Origin: Pseudomonadota bacterium
Lineage (GTDB): Bacteria > Pseudomonadota > Alphaproteobacteria > Sphingomonadales > Sphingomonadaceae
Length of the DNA: 64,000 nt
Reading direction: 5' to 3'
NCBI GenBank assembly: GCA_039814925.1
Contig: JBCCAH010000010.1
Location: forward strand, 21,606-85,605
Each line of letters starts with the position of its first letter. Position 1 is the first letter of the stretch. Shown piece after piece: positions 7,809 through 14,476 of this stretch. The notes beneath the pieces are model-generated. The model was not told the origin of the DNA. It was given only the letters and a program-made list of their open reading frames with translations, and searched no databases. A program made the translations under genes and the position numbers.

Positions 7809-8996
7809 ATGGATATTACCCAGTTGCTCAGGGGCACCGCGCTCTCGGCCATCGCCGCCGCGCTCGCCCTTGTCATCACCCCAACCGAAGCGGAGGCTGC
7901 AACCAGCGCTTCGGCCACCGCATCGAGCGAGAATTCGGCGGCCGAACAACCGCGCGAACGCCGCGCCAATCGCCAGCGGGCGCCATCGAACAATCGCGGC
8001 AATCGTCAGCGGACTCGCCAGAACAACCGCGCTCGCAATGTCGGCGCGGTGCGCAGCGAGATCAATCGAGGCGAGCGGCGCGCAAACCGTGTCGAACGCC
8101 GAAGCGTCAATCGCGCCAATCGCGTTGACCGTCGTAGCGATAACCGCGCGAACCGCGTGGATCGCCGCAGTGGAAACAGCGCAAACCGTGTCGAACGTCG
8201 CGGTGACAATCGTGCGAACCGGCTTGAACGGCAGGGCCGCGATCGGGCCGCCAACCGGGTCGACCGGCGCAGCGATAATCGGGCGGGCCGCATTGAGCGC
8301 CGTGGCGATAACCGCGCCAACCGCGTTGAACGTCGCGGTGGCAACCGGGCGAACCGGATCGAGCGGCGCGAGACCCTGCGCGGCGACCGGTGGGTGAACC
8401 GTCAGAACACAGTCCGCGGTGACCGCCGCTCCGACCGCCGGGTCGATCGCGCGACACAGCGTCGCTTTGACCGTCAGGCTGATCGGCGCGCTGATCGCAG
8501 GGGCGACCGCCGCGTGGATCGCGCAAACCGTCGGGGCTTCCGCGATGGTGTGCGGGCTGAACGTCGCGGCAACCGCGCCGAAAACCGCCGCATTCGCAAC
8601 CGGGCCGAACGTCGCGGTTTCCGCAACGGAGTGCGCGCCGGCCAACGCGTAGGCAATCGCGGTTTTCGCAACGGCAATTTCCGTCGCTGGGACCGCAGAG
8701 GCTGGCGCAATAATCGCCGGTTTGGCTGGCGCGACTTCCGCCGCGCCAATCGCGGGCTCTTCCGCCTCGGCCGTTATTACGCCCCGTTCCGTGGGCACTT
8801 CTATCGGCCCATCGGTATCGGGTTCTTCCTCGACAGCGTGTTCTTCCAACCGCGCTTCTTCATCAACGACCCATGGGCGTACCGCCTGCCGCCGGTCTAC
8901 GGACCCTATCGCTGGGTTCGCTATTACGATGACGTGCTTCTGGTCGATATCTACACCGGCGAAGTCGTGGACGAGATCCGCAACTTCTTCTGGTAG
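7809..8996 (+). CDS. RcnB-family exported protein with long Arg/Asn/Asp-rich repeat region
   Basis: Signal peptide; C-terminal YRLPPVYGPYRWVRYYDDVLLVDIYTGEVVDEI is typical of RcnB; ATG 7809 with GGAGG RBS. Confidence 0.85.
   Translation: MDITQLLRGTALSAIAAALALVITPTEAEAATSASATASSENSAAEQPRERRANRQRAPSNNRGNRQRTRQNNRARNVGAVRSEINRGERRANRVERRSVNRANRVDRRSDNRANRVDRRSGNSANRVERRGDNRANRLERQGRDRAANRVDRRSDNRAGRIERRGDNRANRVERRGGNRANRIERRETLRGDRWVNRQNTVRGDRRSDRRVDRATQRRFDRQADRRADRRGDRRVDRANRRGFRDGVRAERRGNRAENRRIRNRAERRGFRNGVRAGQRVGNRGFRNGNFRRWDRRGWRNNRRFGWRDFRRANRGLFRLGRYYAPFRGHFYRPIGIGFFLDSVFFQPRFFINDPWAYRLPPVYGPYRWVRYYDDVLLVDIYTGEVVDEIRNFFW
8076..8375 (+). repeat. Nine tandem 33-bp (11-aa) coding repeats, consensus NRANRVERRGD
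   Basis: RRANRVERRSV/NRANRVDRRSD/NRANRVDRRSG/NSANRVERRGD/NRANRLERQGR/DRAANRVDRRSD/NRAGRIERRGD/NRANRVERRGG/NRANRIERRET. Confidence 0.9.
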
Positions 8997-9028
8997 ACCC
9001 AACGGGCTCCTGAAAGAACCTCACAAAC

Positions 9029-9062
9029 GCCCCCGCCGCACTTCGGTTCGGCGGGGGCTTTT
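9029..9062 (+). terminator. Rho-independent terminator after the RcnB-like gene
   Basis: GCCCCCGCCG-CACTTCGGTT-CGGCGGGGGC followed by TTTT. Confidence 0.8.
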
Positions 9063-9093
9063 GGTTGGAGCGCGCTCTTGCTAGGCATGGCGA

Positions 9094-9759
9094 ATGGCAA
9101 CCAAAAACATCCCTGACGCCGACGCGTTGCGCAAAATTGGTCAATCGGTTCGCGAGCGGCTCGAAGCGGATCCAGGTGTCTACAAGGTCGACACCGATAT
9201 GGCCGAGATTTTCGCGGTCGGCGATTTCCTGAGCCAGGAAGAATGCGACCGCCTGTGCGTCATGACCGACCTGATCGCGCGGCCCTCTTCCTTGCATGAA
9301 ATCGGCTATGATAGCGGCTTTCGCACCTCCTATTCCGGCGACCTCGACCCGACGGACAGCTTCGTCAAAGCCATTTCGCGCCGCATTGACGATCTGCTCG
9401 GCGTTAACCCGGAAATCGGCGAGGCCATCCAAGCCCAACGCTATCTCCCCGGCCAACAGTTCAAACCGCATAACGATTGGTTCTACACCACCGAGAAATA
9501 CTGGGAGGGCGAACGCAAACGCGGCGGTCAACGTTCCTGGACGACCATGGCCTTCCTCAGCGAGGTCGAAGAAGGCGGCGAGACCCACTTCACCAAGGTC
9601 GGGATCAAGATCGTGCCCAAGCCCGGCGTCTTGATGATCTGGAACAACGCACTTGAAGACGGATCGCCCAACGAAGACACAATGCACGCGGGCACCCCGG
9701 TTCTTCAGGGGAGCAAATACGTCATCACCAAGTGGTACCGGACACGGCGCTGGCGTTAG
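9094..9759 (+). CDS. 2OG-Fe(II) oxygenase, prolyl 4-hydroxylase-like
   Basis: HxD (PHNDWF), GGETHF, distal His (HAG), VITKW. Confidence 0.88.
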   Translation: MATKNIPDADALRKIGQSVRERLEADPGVYKVDTDMAEIFAVGDFLSQEECDRLCVMTDLIARPSSLHEIGYDSGFRTSYSGDLDPTDSFVKAISRRIDDLLGVNPEIGEAIQAQRYLPGQQFKPHNDWFYTTEKYWEGERKRGGQRSWTTMAFLSEVEEGGETHFTKVGIKIVPKPGVLMIWNNALEDGSPNEDTMHAGTPVLQGSKYVITKWYRTRRWR

Positions 9760-9798
9760 GGCATGATGCCCGCTGTAGGAAAATAGATTCCTCCTTTT

Positions 9799-9876
9799 GT
9801 GAGTCCCCGCGCAGGCGGGGACCTCTTTCAGTTGAGCGCTAAGCCGATGGAGGTCCCCGCCTTCGCGGGGACCCAC
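9799..9876 (+). repeat. 78-bp REP-like double-palindrome element between convergent genes
   Basis: GTCCCCGCGCAGGCGGGGAC and GTCCCCGCCTTCGCGGGGAC hairpins joined by a spacer; second copy at 50321-50398. Confidence 0.88.
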
Positions 9877-9883
9877 CGAGAAT

Positions 9884-11494
9884 TTAAGCCCCCGCCAACG
9901 CTTCCGCGATCAATTTGCGTGTGGGTTCAACACCATACAGCTTGATAAAGCTGCCCATGCGCGGGCCTTGTTCGCTTCCCAGCAGCGTTTCGTATTGCGC
10001 GCGGAACCAGTCGCGCAAGCTCTCGAACCCGTAGGCTTCGACCTTGCCGATTTCGTAGACCATGGTTTGCAGATCTTCGGCGCTCGCATCGGCGGGCGCT
10101 TGGGATAGCCGCGCGTCGAGGTCTTTGAGCGCTTCAATCTCTCCGCCCACCGGCGCGCGTTTTTTCAGCGTCGGCGCTAGAAAATCGCGGTTGTAGTTCA
10201 CCGCGCTCTCAATCAGCGTCAGCAGCACCGGATCGGTCACCGGCTGTCCGGTGTAGCTCGCGACATATTCGGCAAGGTTTTCCGGCGTCGCTTCAAGACC
10301 CAGCACAGACACGAGGTTGAGCAGCAGCGAGTACGGGACGCTCAAGGCGTCGCCCGCGCCCGGCGCTTCGGGCGTATCGATCCGCTCGTTCGCGCGCAGC
10401 AAGTGCCACACCGCGTTGCCTAGCTGTTTGTCGAGAGGTTGGTCGGCCAGACGCTCCCGGAACTGCCAGTAATCGTCGATCGCCTTCGGGATGACGCCCG
10501 CGTGCAATTGCTTTGCGCTCTTGGGGTTGGCGAAGATGTAGAAGCCCAGGCTTTCTTCCGAACCATAGGTCAGCCACTCCTCGATTGAGAGGCCGTTGCC
10601 CTTCGACTTGGAAATCTTGCCGCCTTCCGCGTCGAGGAACATCTCGTAGATCAGGCCCTCGGGCTTTTTACCGCCCAGAACGCGCGCGATTTTGCCCGAT
10701 TGCACGCCGCTGTCGGTCAAATCCTTGCCGTACATTTCATAATCGACGCCAAGCGCCACCCAGCGCATCGCCCAATCGACCTTCCACTGGCACTTGGATA
10801 GGCCGGAAAGCGCCGATTGCTCGACCACGCTGCCGTCTTCGTCGGTGAAGCGGATGATGCCTTCGGCGGCGTCGACAACCTCAATCGGCACTTGCAGCAC
10901 CGCACCCGTCGACGGGCTGACCGGCATGACCGGCGAATAGGTCTTGCGCCGTTCTTCGCCCAAGGTCGGCAGCATGATGTCCATGATCGCGTCAAAGTTC
11001 GTCAGCACCCCTCGCAGCGCGTCGTCAAACGCGCCCGAATTGTAACGGTCGGACGAGCTGACGAATTCGTAGTCGAACCCAAAGCGATCCAGAAACTCGC
11101 GCAGCATGGCGTTGTTATGGGCGGAGAAACTTTCGTGATCGGTGTCGAACGGATTGGGCACGCGCGACAAAGGCTTGTGCAGGTTCGCTTCGAGCAATTC
11201 CTGATTGGGCACATTGCCCGGCACTTTGCGCAAGCCGTCCATATCATCGCTGAACGCGACGAGGCGCGTGGGCTGCCCGGTCAGCGCTTCGTAGGCGCGC
11301 CGCACCAGCGAGGTTCTAAGGACCTCTTGGAAGGTGCCGATATGCGGCAGGCCCGAGGGACCATAGCCCGTTTCGAACAGCACCGGCTCGCCATTGGGTT
11401 TGCCGCCCTTCAGCCGTTTGGCCAGACGCTGGGCTTCCTGAAAGGGCCAGGCCTTGGAGTTTTGTGCGGCTTCGAGAAGGGTTTGATCTGTCAT
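9884..11494 (-). CDS. lysS: Lysine--tRNA ligase, class I
   Basis: ETGYGPSGLPHIGT (HIGH), DDMDGLRKVP, GKISKSKG (KMSKS), GPRMGSF. Confidence 0.96.
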   Translation of the reverse strand: MTDQTLLEAAQNSKAWPFQEAQRLAKRLKGGKPNGEPVLFETGYGPSGLPHIGTFQEVLRTSLVRRAYEALTGQPTRLVAFSDDMDGLRKVPGNVPNQELLEANLHKPLSRVPNPFDTDHESFSAHNNAMLREFLDRFGFDYEFVSSSDRYNSGAFDDALRGVLTNFDAIMDIMLPTLGEERRKTYSPVMPVSPSTGAVLQVPIEVVDAAEGIIRFTDEDGSVVEQSALSGLSKCQWKVDWAMRWVALGVDYEMYGKDLTDSGVQSGKIARVLGGKKPEGLIYEMFLDAEGGKISKSKGNGLSIEEWLTYGSEESLGFYIFANPKSAKQLHAGVIPKAIDDYWQFRERLADQPLDKQLGNAVWHLLRANERIDTPEAPGAGDALSVPYSLLLNLVSVLGLEATPENLAEYVASYTGQPVTDPVLLTLIESAVNYNRDFLAPTLKKRAPVGGEIEALKDLDARLSQAPADASAEDLQTMVYEIGKVEAYGFESLRDWFRAQYETLLGSEQGPRMGSFIKLYGVEPTRKLIAEALAGA

Positions 11495-11561
11495 AGTGAG
11501 GGGGTCTTTATTCTTCGGTTGCTGTGTTGCAAGCGCGAAGACGCGTTTCGGTTTCCAAAAA

Positions 11562-11751
11562 TTTCCTACCCGCTTGACAGTGTCAAGCGCCTGTCAAGCG
11601 CTCAAATCGAGCTTAAAATACTGATAAACATTGTTTTTATGGCAACTTCGCTGGCTTGACACTTGTCCAACACGAAACGCTTTTCGACAATTCATTCGGT
11701 TTACCTCTACGCCGGGGTGAGACCCTAGCCAGACCGCGCTGATGTAGGAAA
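11562..11751 (-). repeat. Non-coding dispersed element, copy B (inverted relative to copy A)
   Basis: TTTCCTAC 11562-11569 and GTAGGAAA 11744-11751 as terminal IR; perfect IR GCTTGACAG-N10-CTGTCAAGC 11572-11599; CTGATA 11621-11626; GCTTGACACTTGTCCAA 11654-11670. Confidence 0.65.
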
Positions 11752-11869
11752 GCGCTCCTGTACCAAGCCGCCTACGCAATCCTCTCACAAGAATCCCTCG
11801 CATGCGAAGAGCTACCCGTTCGTCGTATCAAGGTTGCGGATCGAGGCGTAGGAGTTAAGGCGAGCGCTG

Positions 11870-12241
11870 ATGACCGCGTCGCGTAATCATCCCTTTTTGC
11901 TGTCTATTGTGCTGCTATCCTTGGGCATGCGCGCGTTTTTTGGTGCGCCGTGCTGCCTGCCTATGGGGGCGAACGGCCCGCACGCAGGGCATCATGCGCA
12001 TCACGCTCATCATGGCTCCGCATCGCAAGCCGAAACGCCTGTGGGCGACAGCGATCCCGCGAGCGATCCTAGCGCCAATCCATGCTGTTCTGCGTGTTCT
12101 CCGCCGCTGCCGTCAGAGCCGGTTGAACTGATCGCGCGCACCGCGCCCAAATCTCTGCCCGAACCCACTCCGGTTCGTAGCCTGGCCACGCGGCCACCCT
12201 TCCCCGCCTACGAAGCGACAGGACCACCCGCGCTGATCTGA
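11870..12241 (+). CDS. DUF2946/CruR-like small Cys/His-rich protein
   Basis: N-terminal hydrophobic segment, PCCLP, HHAHHAHH, CCSAC (CxxC), Pro-rich C-terminus ending ATGPPALI; GGAG RBS. Confidence 0.72.
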   Translation: MTASRNHPFLLSIVLLSLGMRAFFGAPCCLPMGANGPHAGHHAHHAHHGSASQAETPVGDSDPASDPSANPCCSACSPPLPSEPVELIARTAPKSLPEPTPVRSLATRPPFPAYEATGPPALI

Positions 12242-12273
12242 CCCCACTTTTCAGATCAACTCGGAGACTTTTG

Positions 12274-13344
12274 ATGAAATTGCTTTTCAAGGGGGGCAGC
12301 GCGCTCGCCCTCGCTGGCTGCGTCTGCGCGGCCACCCCGGCGCTTGCCGATCACGACGACCGCCTCGACTCGCTCGACCACGCGCCGATTGGCGTTATGG
12401 GCGACCACCGCCACGCCAAGGGCGAATGGATGTTCAGCTACCGCTTCATGCATATGGACATGCGCGGCATCCAGATCGGCACTGACAGCGTGACGCCGGA
12501 AACCGTGGCGACCACCGTTCCCAACCGCTTTTTCGGCAATTCCGGACAGCCGCCCACCTTGCGCGTCGTGCCGACCGAAATGTTTATGGACATGCACATG
12601 CTGGGTGCGATGTATGGCCTTTCCGATCAGGTGACGCTGATGGTGATGGGCCATTACGTGTCGAAGAAGATGGACCATGTCGTCTTCGCGGGCGGCATGG
12701 GCACCAACCGGCTCGATACGTTTGAAACCAGCCCGCAAGGGATCGGAGACACCAAGGTCGCCGCTTTGATCGGCCTGACCGATAAGGTCCACCTCAACGC
12801 CGGTATCTCAATCCCGACCGGGTCCAACACGCAAACCGACGATATCGTCACGCCGATGGGCGGCAATCCGACCGTGCGCGTCCCCTATCCGATGCAGTTG
12901 GGATCGGGGACGTTCGATCTGGAACCGGGCGTCACCTATCGCGATCAGAACGACGCGTTTGGCTGGGGCGCGCAGGTGCGTGGTGTGATCCGAGTGGGAA
13001 ACGACGAAGGCTATTCGCTTGGTAACAAAGCGATGGCGACGGTGTGGGGCGCGGTGGCGTTGACCCCGGCGGTGTCGATCTCGGGCCGCGTGCAAGCGCA
13101 GACGCAAGGCCGGATCGACGGTATCGACCCGGTTGTCGTCGGGCCGATCCAGACCGCCAACCCCGACTTTCAGGGCGGCGAGACGGTCACCGCCTTTGCG
13201 GGCATGAATTTTGCGGTGACCAAAGGGTCGCTAAAAGGGTGGCGGCTTGGGCTCGAAGGCGGTTTGCCGGTTGTGCAGGACCTCAACGGTCCGCAAATGC
13301 CGACCGATTACACCTTCACGGTGGGTGTTCAGAAGGCCTTCTGA
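12274..13344 (+). CDS. Outer-membrane beta-barrel 'transporter' family protein (MetA/phenol-degradation-like) with His/Met-rich N-terminus
   Basis: Signal peptide, DHAPIGVMGDHRHAKGEWMFSYRFMHMDM, MDMHMLGAMYG, C-terminal Phe (VGVQKAF); start 12274 ATG or 12271 TTG. Confidence 0.75.
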   Translation: MKLLFKGGSALALAGCVCAATPALADHDDRLDSLDHAPIGVMGDHRHAKGEWMFSYRFMHMDMRGIQIGTDSVTPETVATTVPNRFFGNSGQPPTLRVVPTEMFMDMHMLGAMYGLSDQVTLMVMGHYVSKKMDHVVFAGGMGTNRLDTFETSPQGIGDTKVAALIGLTDKVHLNAGISIPTGSNTQTDDIVTPMGGNPTVRVPYPMQLGSGTFDLEPGVTYRDQNDAFGWGAQVRGVIRVGNDEGYSLGNKAMATVWGAVALTPAVSISGRVQAQTQGRIDGIDPVVVGPIQTANPDFQGGETVTAFAGMNFAVTKGSLKGWRLGLEGGLPVVQDLNGPQMPTDYTFTVGVQKAF

Positions 13345-13354
13345 ACGCAGAATG

Positions 13355-13384
13355 GCGCGGCGCGGGTTCCGGCTCGCGCCGCGC
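13355..13384. terminator. Hairpin between convergent genes, probable bidirectional terminator
   Basis: GCGCGGCGCGGG-TTCCGG-CTCGCGCCGCGC. Confidence 0.55.
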
Positions 13385-13385
13385 T

Positions 13386-13859
13386 TCATTCTATCTGCGA
13401 ATAGACCGCTGTGATTTGGCCGTTCTCCACCTCATACTCGGCGTAGGTGGTCAGGAACGGGCCGCCTTCGCCCAGTTGTTCCTTGGCGCGCACGAACACG
13501 CGTTCACCGGTCCAGCCGCTCTCTAGGATCTCTGGGACCGCTAGGATCGCCGAGTCCTCTTTGAAAAAGAACTCGTAGATCGCTCTCAGCTCTGCGCGGT
13601 TGTTGATATGCATCTGCGGTGATCGCACAATCACATCGGGGGAATAGCAAGCCAGCCAGCGTTTGAAGTTGCGCGCCCGCACCGCGTCGAGCGACAGTTG
13701 GATCACCTTGGCCGCCGCCATCATGCGCGCTTCGTCGTCGGCTTGCTGGGCGGGTGGTGATGAGGCTAGCTCTTCCTGCGCGCTCGCTGCTGTCGCACTG
13801 AACGCGAGAGAGAAAACGCACCCCGCTGTCATCCATGCCAGGCGAAGCGCCCAAGTCAC
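13386..13859 (-). CDS. NTF2/SnoaL-like protein with signal peptide
   Basis: GTGA overlap with the upstream stop; LDAVRARNFKRWLACYSPDV, YEVENGQI. Confidence 0.72.
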   Translation of the reverse strand: MTWALRLAWMTAGCVFSLAFSATAASAQEELASSPPAQQADDEARMMAAAKVIQLSLDAVRARNFKRWLACYSPDVIVRSPQMHINNRAELRAIYEFFFKEDSAILAVPEILESGWTGERVFVRAKEQLGEGGPFLTTYAEYEVENGQITAVYSQIE

Positions 13860-14350
13860 GGTCGAGACTCGTTCTGGGCCTCGATCTGACTATCGCTCTT
13901 GGCTTCAGTGTCCGCGCGCCGCACCCGTTTGGAGCGATTGCTCATTTTCACCTCTAGGAAGGCGATCTTGCCGTCTTTCACGAAATATTTCGCGTAGGTG
14001 CAGCAGCGCTCATATCCATCTTTAAAGGTGTAGGACATGGTGATGTAGACAAGGCCCCGCCTCAGGCCGCTTTCGATAACCTGGACCTTGTGCGGATCGT
14101 CGGCGAACGCGCTGGCGTAGTAGGCGCGGATGTCGGATTTCCCTTCGACGGCCTTGCCATCGACCATGACGATGGCGTCTTCGGTGAAGGTCGAGACGAA
14201 CGCGTCGAGGTCCCAGGCGCGGTAGATGTCGATATGCGCTTGCACCGCCTGGACGGCGGCTTCTTCATAGAAGTTGCGCGGCGGGCCGGCCGTAGCGGGC
14301 GCGGCGAACGCAGCTGTCGTTAGAACAAGCATCCATTTCCAACGCATCAT
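13856..14350 (-). CDS. NTF2/SnoaL-like protein with signal peptide
   Basis: IDIYRAWDLDAFVSTFTEDA, GKSDIRAYY, YFVKDGKI. Confidence 0.78.
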   Translation of the reverse strand: MMRWKWMLVLTTAAFAAPATAGPPRNFYEEAAVQAVQAHIDIYRAWDLDAFVSTFTEDAIVMVDGKAVEGKSDIRAYYASAFADDPHKVQVIESGLRRGLVYITMSYTFKDGYERCCTYAKYFVKDGKIAFLEVKMSNRSKRVRRADTEAKSDSQIEAQNESRP

Positions 14351-14476
14351 CTCACGTCCTCAATCCCGCGCGGCCAAACGTCGCCAGCAATCGGGCCGGC
14401 CCTTGGGCCAGCCATGGGGAGAGTGTGCCGCGTAATCGTTTACTTATCGTGTGCCCTCGCCCATTTTGGACACCAC

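Noticed and set aside
7698-9002. 434-aa antisense ORF covering the RcnB-like gene
   Set aside because: Shadow of the repeat-rich, stop-poor sense gene; no RBS or recognisable domain
6802-11751. Element copies as integron attC, pdif sites or a CRISPR array
   Set aside because: No RYYYAAC/GTTRRRY cores, no XerC/XerD 11-6-11 layout, no regular repeat-spacer periodicity
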